Of a stretch of DNA of 64,000 bases, positions 17,907 to 28,668 are shown one piece after another. The position numbers and the translations under genes were made by a program. Location of the stretch: the IMG/VR virus record IMGVR_UViG_3300030737_000007, positions 1 through 64,000 of that record, one strand, 5' to 3'. Positions within the stretch are counted from its first letter, which is position 1; every line of letters starts with the position of its first letter. The notes beneath the pieces were generated by a model. That model saw nothing but the letters and a program-made list of their open reading frames with translations, ran no database searches and was not told where the DNA came from. The stretch is from a virus.

Positions 17907-18250
17907 CCCTGCTGCTCCATCGCCTTCGCCACGTCCAGATGTTCCCGCGCCCCGAACAGAAACTCCTTGACTTCATCTGAGGGGTTAGCGGCGGCGTCGA
18001 TCGCCTTGGCTATGTCCTGCTTGAAGTGGGCCACGAGCGTATCCAGGGCGGCGGCGGCTGCGTGCGCGGTCGGAACTGTGGTGTCGCCCGGGGCTAATGC
18101 GATGAGGTCGTCTTTGGCGGCGTCCCGGTAGTCTTCCAGTGTTTGGATCACCGTCTCCCATGCGGGGGTGTTTACGACGACCCGGAGCTGGCGGCCTTTG
18201 TCGTAGAGTGCGAGGTCTATTTCCAGCGCGTCGATTTCGGTGTCGGTCAC
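17903..18250 (-). CDS. Hypothetical head-morphogenesis-region protein
   Basis: 115 aa helical protein between portal and scaffold. Confidence 0.6.
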   Translation of the reverse strand: MTDTEIDALEIDLALYDKGRQLRVVVNTPAWETVIQTLEDYRDAAKDDLIALAPGDTTVPTAHAAAAALDTLVAHFKQDIAKAIDAAANPSDEVKEFLFGAREHLDVAKAMEQQG

Positions 18251-18459
18251 TTGCGGGCCTCGAACTGGGCGTCGTAGTCTACGTAGCCGGGCTGGGCTGG
18301 AACGCGGATCGGGCCGAGATTGCCTGCGCGACCTTTGAGGCGGGCGGCGTCGTTGATCAGCTTGCGGAGGTCTTCGTCGGACAGGGTGTCGTACTCGCTG
18401 GGGCCTTGTTGGGAAAGTCTATCTGGGTTGGGGGTGTTCATTCTGTCTCCTTCAATCAA
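18247..18459 (-). CDS. Hypothetical protein
   Basis: Short ORF coupled (ATGA) to the next gene; the start may be the internal Met after AAGGAG. Confidence 0.45.
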   Translation of the reverse strand: MIEGDRMNTPNPDRLSQQGPSEYDTLSDEDLRKLINDAARLKGRAGNLGPIRVPAQPGYVDYDAQFEARK

Positions 18460-18489
18460 TCCGATTGAACGGGTTTTCCATTATCTGGA

Positions 18490-20559
18490 CTAAACGTCTG
18501 AGCCAAATCCGGTTTGGGCGGAGGGTTCTCCTGTTAATTCAAGGGGTTCCACAGATTTCTTAAAGCCTTCCCTTAATACATCCCGGGCTGCTCTTGCGAT
18601 ATTGCTGCTGTCGTCCCTTTGCTCAGCCGCGGCATCTTTCTGCGCCTGAAGCTGTGCTTGGGCCTGCGCCTTTTGTTGAATCTGCCCACCCTGCGATTGC
18701 TGTTGTTGCCGCTGAAGATCTTGCGGGGTCATGTCCACGATCACGTCGTTCAGGTTCTTGAAGTCGGCGGCCTCAAACCACATGTGGACCACCTCCATCA
18801 CGTTGACCTTCTTGCCTTCGATCGAGAGCGAGGAGATGACTTCGGGGTTGGACAGGAACTGAGATAGCATCGGGAGCGCTTGGGCCATGTTGCGGCGCGT
18901 CTGCATCTTGGACCCAGCGAGGATGGAGAACTTCACTCGGGCGTTCAGGATGTCGATCACGTCGCCGCCGGACTGCACGTACTCGTGCTTCAGCTCTTCC
19001 GACATGATGAAGTTCAACTGCGACTCGGGTAGCATCTCCCGGTTCATTTGCTGCATGTCGTAGAGCAGCGGCACGATGACCTGGTCGGCCAGATTGTCGA
19101 TGAACTCCGAGATGCCCGATGACGCGCCCTGCGCAAGAGCCTGAGCTCCGGCAGAACTGCGCGCGAGATTGGAGTGGCCCGAGGAACCTGCGTTGCCGCC
19201 CATGATCGGGTTGTTGCCCGAGACGGTGTCGGCGCGGCCCTGCGACATCGCCATAAGTTCCCCGGCTTCGGGGATGGCGGGCAGGCGCTGAAGCGGCTCA
19301 AGGTCGCCCTTGGTATCCACCTCGATGATCTTGCCGGGGCAGATGCGGATTGACTGAGTTGGGATGCTCTTGCCGCGGACGCGGACGAGCGGGGTGTTCA
19401 GGTTCAACGAGGCGTTGTCCAGCAGCAGGTTGGTGATGCCGGTCATCAGGCGCTGCTCGGAGCCGATCGTGCGCCCGAGGCCGAGCGACCAGTACCCGCC
19501 GGGGATATTCCACCAGCCGATAGAGTAGAACGGGATCTTGCCGTAGACGTTCTTGCCGTTGTAGATGACCAGTTTCTTCTGGAGCACCACGATGTACGTG
19601 CCGTTGTCCCACCGCTCCAGTACCTCTAGGGGTTTCTGGAAGGGGTCGGCGGTCGTGGTATCCCAGCGGGCTTCTGCACGGGCTTCCCAGAGCGGGTTGC
19701 GCCCGCCGATTTCCCCGATAGCCGGATCAGCCGTCTCTGCGGGCGGCATGAACAGCATCATGAGGTTTTCGCGGGACGGGATATCGTATCCCTCGCGGTC
19801 CCGCAGCTTGTCGAGGTCTTCCCACGTCATGTAGCGGCGGCGGACGACGTACTTGGCCTTGCGGATGTCCGGAACACGTAGCCCGGGGTCTACCAGGACT
19901 TCGCGGAGGTCTACGATGTGCTCGAACGTGGGCCGGTCGATTACTTCTTCGATGATCTCTTCTTCGAGTTCACCATCGGAGATGCGGGTGTCAGGCGCGC
20001 CGGGGATTCCGGACGGAATTACGACGGAGGGGTTCTTCCGCTTGACTATTTTGCGCTCTTGGGTGAACTTTTCCCAGCCCCATTGGAACATGGAGGTGCC
20101 AAACAGCAGGCAATTGAAGATTCCGAGCTTCAGTTCGGCCCGGAAATCCATGTCGTCGAGCTGGTAAGCAAGCAAAGCGGAGGTCGCGCGCGCCAGTTGG
20201 GCGGTCGTTCCGGGCCGTTCCTGCACCATAAACGGCGGGTTTTCGTAAAATAACCCGGACATTACCTGCGGAACTATGCCATTTACAGCCGTTGCGACCG
20301 TGAAAAAGCTGATCGAAGCGGCCTCAGATTGGGTTCCGGGCCAGTATCTGGGCTGAAAAGGGGACTGGTAGAGGGTCTGTGCGGCTACCCAGCCGAGGCA
20401 AAATTGCCTACTCAACTCAGCTTTCTCAGCGCGTTCCGCGTCTTGAAGACATAATTTGAGGGCTGGATTTTCTTCCCACACGCCCTCGGACAAAAAGCCC
20501 CGTGCTTCGGCAGGTGTTACCTGCTCATAAACGTTATATGGGGCTTCCGGCAAGTTCAT
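18490..20559 (-). CDS. Portal protein (P22/podovirus-like)
   Basis: 689 aa; LLFGTS..QWGW, AKYVVRR, YGKIPF, LLDNASL and Q-rich barrel-like C-terminus; lies between terminase and scaffold. Confidence 0.85.
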   Translation of the reverse strand: MNLPEAPYNVYEQVTPAEARGFLSEGVWEENPALKLCLQDAERAEKAELSRQFCLGWVAAQTLYQSPFQPRYWPGTQSEAASISFFTVATAVNGIVPQVMSGLFYENPPFMVQERPGTTAQLARATSALLAYQLDDMDFRAELKLGIFNCLLFGTSMFQWGWEKFTQERKIVKRKNPSVVIPSGIPGAPDTRISDGELEEEIIEEVIDRPTFEHIVDLREVLVDPGLRVPDIRKAKYVVRRRYMTWEDLDKLRDREGYDIPSRENLMMLFMPPAETADPAIGEIGGRNPLWEARAEARWDTTTADPFQKPLEVLERWDNGTYIVVLQKKLVIYNGKNVYGKIPFYSIGWWNIPGGYWSLGLGRTIGSEQRLMTGITNLLLDNASLNLNTPLVRVRGKSIPTQSIRICPGKIIEVDTKGDLEPLQRLPAIPEAGELMAMSQGRADTVSGNNPIMGGNAGSSGHSNLARSSAGAQALAQGASSGISEFIDNLADQVIVPLLYDMQQMNREMLPESQLNFIMSEELKHEYVQSGGDVIDILNARVKFSILAGSKMQTRRNMAQALPMLSQFLSNPEVISSLSIEGKKVNVMEVVHMWFEAADFKNLNDVIVDMTPQDLQRQQQQSQGGQIQQKAQAQAQLQAQKDAAAEQRDDSSNIARAARDVLREGFKKSVEPLELTGEPSAQTGFGSDV

Positions 20560-21481
20560 TTTTGTTCCTCGGGGCGAATTTGGACGGTCTTAGAGCCGTT
20601 CCAACGCTCTTTAATCGGTTGCGAACCGTAGCAGATGTGCAGCCGAGAGCCTGTCCAACTTCCTTCGTGGACATTCCGGACTGATAAAGTTCGAGCATCC
20701 TGTTGGTGTTTAGGCGCTCTTGAGGTAGATTATTGGAGGGTCGGAGAGCGATGGAGAGGCCGTCTAGCCTTCCTTTGACGCACCCCATTGAGCATCCCAG
20801 AGTATCCGCAACTTCCTGAAGCGTAAGTCCGCTTTGGTAAAGGCGCACCAAGCGGACGCTATCTACGTCCGAGCGGTATAATGGGTTTGATTCGCCGCCA
20901 ATAGACCGTTTGTTGACCAAACATTCGGGGCGAATTTTATACCCGTGCCTGTGCCGACCCTGCCCGACTAGAACACCAGCCTTCTTCATGCGCAGGGTTA
21001 CCAACTCGGTCGAGCAATTGAACTTGGCGGCGATCTCTTTGCGCGTCAGCATCTCATCAACGTAGAGATGTCGAATCTCTTCGGTCGAAATATCAGCCCG
21101 ATAGTGGCTATGTCGAGTAGGATCCGCGGCCAGCGTAGCTTTGAGAGTCTTGGCCCGAGCCTTCCGCATGTGCGGACTGATGCCGGTCCACCCGTCTCCT
21201 CCCCAAGTGCAGACATACCCGTGCTTGGAGATGTGCGCGCCGAAGAGGAGAATCCAGATGCGTTCCTGGTAGTCAGCCTCGGCTTTCGTCTCAACGGTGA
21301 GAAACGGCTCGCAGGTAAAGTTCTCGACGCCGTATTTCCGCATAGCCTTGTAGAGGGGCTGTTGTTCGCCCTTCCGTAGGTCTTTGAGGTGGTTTCTCCA
21401 CCGATGCGGGACGCCGCATTTGGTCTGGCCAACGTAGAGTTTGTCGTTGACGTGGTTCTGAATCAGATATATGGTGTACAT
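20534..21481 (-). CDS. Free-standing GIY-YIG endonuclease with three HTH repeats
   Basis: TIYLIQNHVNDKLYVGQT; repeats LYQSG.(T/S)..EV...LGC. Confidence 0.9.
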   Translation of the reverse strand: MYTIYLIQNHVNDKLYVGQTKCGVPHRWRNHLKDLRKGEQQPLYKAMRKYGVENFTCEPFLTVETKAEADYQERIWILLFGAHISKHGYVCTWGGDGWTGISPHMRKARAKTLKATLAADPTRHSHYRADISTEEIRHLYVDEMLTRKEIAAKFNCSTELVTLRMKKAGVLVGQGRHRHGYKIRPECLVNKRSIGGESNPLYRSDVDSVRLVRLYQSGLTLQEVADTLGCSMGCVKGRLDGLSIALRPSNNLPQERLNTNRMLELYQSGMSTKEVGQALGCTSATVRNRLKSVGTALRPSKFAPRNKNELAGSPI

Positions 21482-21568
21482 TGGATGAGACTATTATAGC
21501 ATAATAATGAGCCGTAAACAACCCTTTAAGGGCTTTTAGGTGTCATTTATGACTCATTATCACCGGTC

Positions 21569-21910
21569 TCAATAAGTTTGCTTGTCTGCCGTGGGCGACA
21601 TCGCACCGCTGGAAAGATCCACGCTGCCCGGGATCGATACCGCGGTGCTCTTCATACCACCTTCGCCGCCGTTCACGCTGACCTTGAAGTTCTCAGAGAT
21701 CACGCGGGAGCGATCGGACGGAACCGGCATACCCGGGCCGCCATCTTCAGTGTGGCGGGGGCCATCCTGGTTGGTGTTCTGGGGGACGAGCTTGCCTGCG
21801 CCCGAGGACATGCCAGCCGCGCCCGAAGGCCCGACAGCGGGGAAGTCAGTTGCTTTGCAATCGCGCGGATTTTCGAGGTTGCCGCTGAGTTTGATGAGAG
21901 AGTCAGACAT
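21569..21910 (-). CDS. Hypothetical protein
   Basis: 113 aa, AAAGGA RBS. Confidence 0.55.
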   Translation of the reverse strand: MSDSLIKLSGNLENPRDCKATDFPAVGPSGAAGMSSGAGKLVPQNTNQDGPRHTEDGGPGMPVPSDRSRVISENFKVSVNGGEGGMKSTAVSIPGSVDLSSGAMSPTADKQTY

Positions 21911-21913
21911 AGG

Positions 21914-22228
21914 TTATCCTTTGGATAGGCCCGCGAGCGAGCCGGTAGAGATAGATGAAGGGGACCCGGAACCAAAACTCAGTTGCGGAAAACTTGGGCC
22001 CGGCGGAGGGGCTACGTAGCCGTTGGGCCGGTCGATTCGTACGTGGGGTTGGAAGCTGATCCCGAAGAGTTCGTACATACCCGTGGCGGGGGCGTCAGAC
22101 TGGCGGGGCATGTCGGAGATGAATTTCTGTCCGGACGGGGGCCGCCACTGGGAGGGAGTCGAGGCGTCGGCCTTGTGCTCGGATAAGACGGTGCCGTCGT
22201 CGTCTACGATCTTGACTTCTATGCGCAT
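21914..22228 (-). CDS. Hypothetical protein
   Basis: Start placed at MRIEVKIV. Confidence 0.5.
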   Translation of the reverse strand: MRIEVKIVDDDGTVLSEHKADASTPSQWRPPSGQKFISDMPRQSDAPATGMYELFGISFQPHVRIDRPNGYVAPPPGPSFPQLSFGSGSPSSISTGSLAGLSKG

Positions 22229-22246
22229 GTGTGGTAGAATTTCCAG

Positions 22247-23418
22247 ATGATGAACGAAGACGATTTTAAGAAGACGTACATCGCCACATTTCTCGCGGCG
22301 TACGCTGCTAAACAATACGACTTCAACTGCCAGACGGGGTGGGAGAAAGATTTTCCGCCAATCGAAGATTCTCAGACTCTCGCCCAGGATGCGTGGAATA
22401 AGCTACAGGAGCGATCATGAATATTAGATGCCGTCTTTTCGGTTGCTGGATAAGCGACGAGCCTGAAGACCACGGGTGTTGTGGCCGATGCGGGATTTGG
22501 GTATATGACGCCGACTTCCGCCAAGCTGGGGTACCTTTGGTCGAATGGTGGCGATCAGTTCGCTCGAAATGGAAGCGCCGTTCAAACTATCGGCACCATC
22601 TCTGTGGTGTTTGTAACAAGCCAATGTACCTGACCGAAGAGAGCTGTTGCTCGTCCGAGTGCTATGACAAATGGTTCCCGTTCTAGGAGATTCCAGATAA
22701 TGGAAACAGAGAACAGCAAGAACGAACGATGTTGGCGTTGCGGCGGGAGCGGATTCCGTTCGTTTACGGAAACTATGAGCAGCCCGGGCCATCCGTGTCC
22801 AGCCTGTAACAAGAAAACTCTCATGGAACGGTTGGCTGAGATTGCCCCCAAGCGCGAGGAAAAGGTATGGGGCGAACAGAAACTAACAGCGTTTCGCTAC
22901 GAACCCATTCTTCTTCACGCCCAACTCTTCGCCAACTGGGTGGCGGAAGACTTACCCAAGAACCAAGGAGAGTTACGAGACTTACTATGGGTTTTCGGCA
23001 CGCAATTATCGGGAGATATGGAGAAGCGAATGAACCATGCAATGAACTTGGCGAATGATATGGTGAATCTCCGAGTTCCTGCGATAATCTTTGAGGGAGA
23101 AAAGAAATGAAGGACGAACGAGATTTTGATTTCCGCATTGACATGCGAACGGCTAGAAAGTTGAAGGCTGCGCTGCACAAAGGCACGTTCGATAAGCTAA
23201 CAAAGGCTGAGGCGAACGCCCTCGAAGATTTAGTATGCGAACTGCTAATGCAAGTCGAATAGGAGACGGAAATGAAGAAACTACGCAGCAAGTGCTGTCA
23301 ACGGAGCATGTGGGACGATGAACGGTACTGTCCACGCTGCGGTTGGGAATGTTACGTAGAATACATTCCAGATTCCTTAGCCACGGACAAAACTTCAGCC
23401 AAAAATCCCACTCCCTAA
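22247..23418 (+). other. Antisense island of five small plus-strand genes (22247-22420, 22417-22686, 22700-23110, 23107-23262, 23272-23418)
   Basis: Tightly coupled ORFs, several Cys-rich; preceded by TGTGGTAGAAT; inserted between terminase and portal. Confidence 0.6.
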
Positions 23419-25449
23419 GATGTTGTCCATCCCGCTGGGGGCCGAATACGCGAAGTCCTCTTGCGGGGAGAAATCATCCGGAGGTGGTTGGTAGGGGTCA
23501 AACACTACCGTGTTTCCCTCGGCGTCCGTCCGAAGCAGAATGCCAGAGCGTGGGTCAAAAGAACCCTCTTCGAAAACTTCGTTCCACCCCATGCGGTCGA
23601 TGAAGCTGAACATCTCGGTGTTGTTCTCGATGATAGCCTGCGTTGCGCGCGGGGCGTACCGGGTTTGGTAGCCTAAATTGTCCGGTATGTCATCGTGGTG
23701 ATGGTCATACATGCACTTCTCGAACTCGTTGTAGACAATCTCGATCTTGTTGTTCGGGGCCGGGTTGGCCTCCATGCAGTAGTTCGCGAACTTTAGGCGG
23801 CCTTCGGTGATCCACGGGTGGAGCGACCCCATGCGTAACTTCTTGGCGTCCTTCTGCTGCTCGGGGGTGAACCAGTCGATCCCGGCGCAGATGCCGATGA
23901 CGTACGGGTCTTGTGTCCGGAACGCCGCGGACATGATGGAGTCCTTGAGGTAGGTCGCGCCCTGAGCATTCTCGATCGCTACTACGAACGGGTGCTCTTC
24001 CTGGATCATCCGGATAATGGAAGCCACGATCTGGTGGGGCAGCAGCCGATCGCGGAAGATCTTGCGGACGTAGCCGGTGGTCTGCTTCTGGCCGTTGCGC
24101 CGCCCGTCGGGGTCTACCTGCTCTTCTTCGCCCCAGACAATCGAGGTGCCGACTGTGAAGTCGCTGCCCTTCTTCTGGCTGGAGGCCAAGTCCCATACCT
24201 GGGAGCAAGGCCCGACGCGGGGCAGGCTGGTGAACGGAACGGTGGCCTTGAGCAGCATGGCCCGGTCGAAACCGATCTGCGAGGCATTGCGGGGGTTCTG
24301 GTTGCGCTGGCCCTCGAAGGACTTCTCATCCTTGGCGAGATCCACCATGCACCAGTTGAAGCTCATTTTGTGGGGCATCAGGAGGATGCACCCGTCTGGG
24401 CCCGCTTCGTGGTACGTGACCGGCTTGCCTTCGCGCTCCAGAGCCTCTGCTACTTCGGGCTTGATCTGGATGGCCTTGCCGATAAGAATGTTCGAATTCG
24501 TGGACTTGTTTTCCATGAACTCCCAGCCAACACCCTTGGTAATCTGGATGTCGCCCAGGTTCTTGGAGAGCAGGACGCCGTAGTGGTCCTCGTCGGCGTA
24601 CCGGGTGCCGATGTAGTCGATGTAGTAGCCGCCCAACGCCAGCAGCTTCTCGGCCAGGAACAGCGCGCGCGAAATCTTCTCGCACAGCAGGGCGGTCTCA
24701 GAGTTGGTGTCGGACACCGCGTCGTCGGCCTTGATCAGTTCGTAACGCCAGCCAGCCTTGTTCTTGCCTACCGAGGAGGCGTAGACCGTGGGTTCCTTGC
24801 GGCCCGTCTTCTTGGCGGCGTACACCGGGCAGGTGAAGGTGTTCATCGCCCCGGCTTTGCCTTCTTCTACGCAGAACTCCGGCCAGAAGAGATTCATCAG
24901 CGACGGCTCTTCTTTGATGTAGAAGTGGCCCTTGATCTCTCCGACGAAGCCTTCTGCCAGGCTCTTCTCGGCGGTCAGGTAGAGGATGCGGATGGCGGGG
25001 AAGCAGAGGATCCACTGAACAGTGTCGATGTGGTCGAATGTGCTTTTTGCGCCGCCGCGGGGCCATAGCAACAACCGAGTCTTGACTTCAGACTGTTGGT
25101 TGAGGGGCTTGGACGGGTCTTTCTGGGTAAAGAGTTTGGGGAAGGCCCCGTAGTACTCTTCGTCGAAGATGTTTTCCTCGAAGGGGAGGAGGCCATTGTC
25201 TGAGATCGGGTTCGTGCCCCAGGTGAAGTACCGGGCCATCCACATCAAGTCGGTCTGGCAGCGACGGCGAACTTCTATACCAAGCCGCGACGCCCGGATG
25301 TGCTCAATCCCAAGGGAGGCTACGTTGATCAGATCTTCCCGCACTGAGAGCAGGTAGGTGTAGAGTTCTTCGTTCGGGATTTTGCTGTCGCCGCCGTGCT
25401 CTTGGCATAGGAGGTCGAAGCGATCTTGATTGTCGGGGACTTCGGGCAT
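23395..25449 (-). CDS. terL: Terminase large subunit
   Basis: LLWPRGGAKST (Walker A), LIKADD (Walker B), IGTRY, VWDLA and HDDIPD nuclease motifs. Confidence 0.9.
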   Translation of the reverse strand: MPEVPDNQDRFDLLCQEHGGDSKIPNEELYTYLLSVREDLINVASLGIEHIRASRLGIEVRRRCQTDLMWMARYFTWGTNPISDNGLLPFEENIFDEEYYGAFPKLFTQKDPSKPLNQQSEVKTRLLLWPRGGAKSTFDHIDTVQWILCFPAIRILYLTAEKSLAEGFVGEIKGHFYIKEEPSLMNLFWPEFCVEEGKAGAMNTFTCPVYAAKKTGRKEPTVYASSVGKNKAGWRYELIKADDAVSDTNSETALLCEKISRALFLAEKLLALGGYYIDYIGTRYADEDHYGVLLSKNLGDIQITKGVGWEFMENKSTNSNILIGKAIQIKPEVAEALEREGKPVTYHEAGPDGCILLMPHKMSFNWCMVDLAKDEKSFEGQRNQNPRNASQIGFDRAMLLKATVPFTSLPRVGPCSQVWDLASSQKKGSDFTVGTSIVWGEEEQVDPDGRRNGQKQTTGYVRKIFRDRLLPHQIVASIIRMIQEEHPFVVAIENAQGATYLKDSIMSAAFRTQDPYVIGICAGIDWFTPEQQKDAKKLRMGSLHPWITEGRLKFANYCMEANPAPNNKIEIVYNEFEKCMYDHHHDDIPDNLGYQTRYAPRATQAIIENNTEMFSFIDRMGWNEVFEEGSFDPRSGILLRTDAEGNTVVFDPYQPPPDDFSPQEDFAYSAPSGMDNILGSGIFG

Positions 25450-25681
25450 TGTTTAGCAGAATCCGTCGGCTTCGATTGGCTCCCGGGTATTCTTTTTGAA
25501 CCACTCTACGAGGACGCCTGCGGGGGTTCGTGCAGCAGTCAGAGAATACCGGCGGAAGGTACAGGAGGTTTCAGTCTCTTCGGGGCGGTAGTCGAGGATG
25601 CCTAGCATACTTTCGATATCGCGCTTTGAAATTTTCACGGGGTCCTTTCCATTATCTGGACAAGTGTGGTACAATTACGGG

Positions 25682-25873
25682 ATGAGCGAATACGGGATGA
25701 GCGAAAAAGATACTAGTTGCGCGACCTGTGGCGGGAAAAAGACGGACCATCCGTACGGAGAAAGTCGAGGAGTTTGCAAGTTATACAAGAGCAAGGAACC
25801 TTCCCTCCGCTCCGATCCACCGATCGTTGTGGAGATCACGCACTACTCGGGCGGGACGGGCGATCCGCAGTGA
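25682..25873 (+). CDS. Small Cys/His protein, first gene of the second antisense island
   Basis: ATG 7 nt after TGTGGTACAAT; GTGA-coupled to the next gene. Confidence 0.5.
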   Translation: MSEYGMSEKDTSCATCGGKKTDHPYGESRGVCKLYKSKEPSLRSDPPIVVEITHYSGGTGDPQ

Positions 25874-26160
25874 GTGTCTACGTAGACGACATGCAAGCGG
25901 GCTATGGGCGGATGATCATGTGCCACATGAGCGCCGATACCACTGAAGAGCTGTTGGCAATGGTGGACGCGATCGGAGTCCGCAGAAAGTGGATTCAGTA
26001 TCCCGGGACGTACAAGGAACACTTCGACGTGTGCCTAGCTAAGCGATCTAAGGCAGTTGAACTGGGTGCGGTCGAGGTGACTTCCCGAGAACTGGTCAAA
26101 CGGCAGATAGCGAAACGCCAACACGGAGATTACGGTACCAAAGTGGAGGCAAAAACATGA
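25870..26160 (+). CDS. DUF4031-like protein
   Basis: VYVDD...MCHM.ADT.EEL....AIG..RKWIQ....EHFDV pattern. Confidence 0.8.
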   Translation: MSVYVDDMQAGYGRMIMCHMSADTTEELLAMVDAIGVRRKWIQYPGTYKEHFDVCLAKRSKAVELGAVEVTSRELVKRQIAKRQHGDYGTKVEAKT

Positions 26161-26253
26161 GCGGAATACGTCGAGACAAGTGCAAGAAGTGCCGTAAGCT
26201 ATTTTGCCACTACGGACTCTGCAAACTCAAGAAGTGCAGGCGTTGTCGGAAAC

Positions 26254-27003
26254 CTAGTATTCAGGCTCATTCGAAATGACCATGATGTTCTCGACGATCC
26301 AGCACTTGGCCTGCGGGTACTCGATCCAAGCGACGGGAGAGTGTTCTGACCGCGCCTCACCGTTGAACTTAGCCAGGCCGATGCCTTCTATGATCAGCTC
26401 GGCTACTTTGACTTCGTTGGTCGGGTCACCGTCGTCTACGCTCCACACATTGGGGAAGTCGTTTCGGTGGTTGAAGTAGAGCCGGAGGTATGTGTGGGTT
26501 TTGTTGAACTCAAGCGGCATGATTTTCCGTCTGGAGATCCTTGAGGATCAGGTCGGCGTAAGCGACTTCGTTGTCCCGTTCCGCGGCCAGAGTGTGGTGT
26601 CCGGCTTCGTGTAGGTTGCGGGCAGCGATGGCTGATATCCGCCGGGTGCTCGATACGTAAAACTGGATCCGTTCAAGAATCTCTGGGTTCATTTGTTGAG
26701 GACCTGCTTGGGGTTCAGAGCTTCGGTTTCAGTTTGAGTCGTGCCGAGGTGCTTGATGCCCCACTTGACCAGAGAGTACGGCCACATTAAGAAGGTAGGA
26801 CCGGAGCGTGGATCGAGTTGATCGTCGGGAACAGGAACGTGGATATCAACTACACTCGACTCAAACTTTCCTACGGGTGCGGCGGAAAAGGTGACGCTGC
26901 CGTTGTCCCACCGGGTCAACGTGAACGACATAGGCGGATCGAACCCGTCTGAGTGTATTGAAACCGAATGTTTCTCTGAAGACCGTTGCCATTTATCACT
27001 CAT
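26254..27003 (-). other. Three small hypothetical genes (26254-26520, 26510-26692, 26689-27003)
   Basis: Overlapping/coupled ORFs on the late strand. Confidence 0.55.
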
Positions 27004-27004
27004 A

Positions 27005-27721
27005 TTAGTGGGCCAGCAAAGCTCCTGCGATAGTGGCTGATGGTAAGAAGAAGGGCTCGACCACATAGTAGGCCCGCACAAACGGGTTCTTCGAGGGGTT
27101 GAGGTACCGGTACGTAGCCTTGGTTTCTACTTTGTCGGCGGTGTCCAGCATGTGGTTGCCCGTGGCGACCGTGGTGCCGAGCTCGCTGGTGACTACCTGC
27201 ACGTTGCCCAGCGTTTGGCTGATCGCGGGGTTGGTGATCAGGGTGTCGAAGTCAGTGATGGACTTCTGGAGGGCAGTCTGCGCCGGTACAAACCCTTTGA
27301 TCACGGTATCGGTGTCGAGTACTGCAACATCCAATCCGTTTAGCGATCGCGTGGTTCCCGCCGTCACCGTCTGAAGACTCTGGCTTACCGTTCCCTCAGT
27401 CTGTGTCAGCCCGTCTAATGCGGTGTTGACGTGACCGGGGATCGTGCCGAGACTGTCCATCGTGGCTCCGACTTTTTTTCCTATCGCCTGCTCTTGAATC
27501 TGGGTTGTGACTATGGCGTCACCTACCTTGGTGGTAGTCTTACCCAAATTTGCCAGCAGGCCGCAGGGGCCGGGAGCGCACGGTTGGTTGACCGTGGTTA
27601 GAGCCGTGTTCACCTCGCCCACGATCCCGAATCCCTTGTAGAGCAGGACACACAACATAACCCCGGCCACGATATACGTAACCAAGGCTAAGTCGCGGAG
27701 GATGGAGCGAACCTTTTCCAT
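27005..27721 (-). CDS. Membrane-anchored helical protein (possible spanin-like or lysis accessory)
   Basis: N-terminal TM segment and long amphipathic helices; the ATG is supplied by the repeat motif. Confidence 0.55.
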   Translation of the reverse strand: MEKVRSILRDLALVTYIVAGVMLCVLLYKGFGIVGEVNTALTTVNQPCAPGPCGLLANLGKTTTKVGDAIVTTQIQEQAIGKKVGATMDSLGTIPGHVNTALDGLTQTEGTVSQSLQTVTAGTTRSLNGLDVAVLDTDTVIKGFVPAQTALQKSITDFDTLITNPAISQTLGNVQVVTSELGTTVATGNHMLDTADKVETKATYRYLNPSKNPFVRAYYVVEPFFLPSATIAGALLAH

Positions 27722-27730
27722 TATCTGGAA

Positions 27731-28255
27731 TTAAGCAGCAGGAGCAGGAGTCGGAGCGGTAACCGGGAAGGAGGCAACTAGGTTGTTGAGGGTATTGACC
27801 GCCAACGTCAACGCAGCCACACTCTTCGGATCAGTGATGTTGGCCGCAGCTTCGAGTTGACTTACATCTGAAGCGACACCAGCCAGCAGGCTCTTACCCG
27901 TGGGGGTAGGACCGACCGTCTTGACCAAGGTATTCACAGCCAGAAGTTCCTGCTGCGCCTTGGAGACGATGTTGCCAACGAGGGTGGCCGCCGGGCCATT
28001 ACCGTCGATCGTGAATACCGTTTCGAGCGAGATGCCGACGATGTTTACGCCGACGCTCAGAACGTTATAGAAGGCGGGCTCTTTGCCCCACCAGGATTCC
28101 AAGACTTTCTCTACCTTGGAGATGTCGCTTTCAAGTGCGGTGATAAAGCTCATTGAGGTGTCCTTGGGTGTAACTGTGGGTGCTGCTACCTGGGGAAGAG
28201 GCTGAGATACGGGAGTAACTGAAACGGTAGGTTTGGACCTGGAGAACCAGCCCAT
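27731..28255 (-). CDS. Hypothetical protein
   Basis: 174 aa ORF, TAATG-coupled. Confidence 0.6.
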   Translation of the reverse strand: MGWFSRSKPTVSVTPVSQPLPQVAAPTVTPKDTSMSFITALESDISKVEKVLESWWGKEPAFYNVLSVGVNIVGISLETVFTIDGNGPAATLVGNIVSKAQQELLAVNTLVKTVGPTPTGKSLLAGVASDVSQLEAAANITDPKSVAALTLAVNTLNNLVASFPVTAPTPAPAA

Positions 28256-28569
28256 TACATTCCTGCCGGTGCGCCGCCAGCAGCCGGGGGAGGAGCGGCA
28301 GCTTGCGCGGCGGCTGGATCCGGGGCGGCGGGAGCAGGAGGCTGGTCACCCATCGAATCGCTCATGTGCTGATTAAGGCTTTGCATGTCGGGGATCACGT
28401 GTTCTTCCGGCTCTTGCATCTGGCCGTCTGCGTCCGGCTTGTGGTGGTGGGTTGCTACAAACCCGCCCGAATGCCCGCGGCGTACGTGGATCGAATGGGG
28501 CTTGCCGCCAGACTTTGACTTGTGGCCGCCGCTGAGGGCTGACTTCGCTCGTGAGTGTTCTTTTGCCAT
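28255..28569 (-). CDS. Hypothetical His/Pro/Ala-rich protein
   Basis: 104 aa ORF in the late operon. Confidence 0.6.
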   Translation of the reverse strand: MAKEHSRAKSALSGGHKSKSGGKPHSIHVRRGHSGGFVATHHHKPDADGQMQEPEEHVIPDMQSLNQHMSDSMGDQPPAPAAPDPAAAQAAAPPPAAGGAPAGM

Positions 28570-28668
28570 AATGTTATTTCCTGACCACTAGTTTTTTGGA
28601 CCCCGAAACCGGGACCTTGACTTTAACTTTTACCTTGACGACGACGCCTTTTTTCTTCTGATCAGGCA

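Noticed and set aside
23911-25068. Long plus-strand ORFs opposite terminase (also 14651..15553, 16860..17549, 29248..30042)
   Set aside because: Antisense shadows of GC3-rich genes, with no motifs or RBS.
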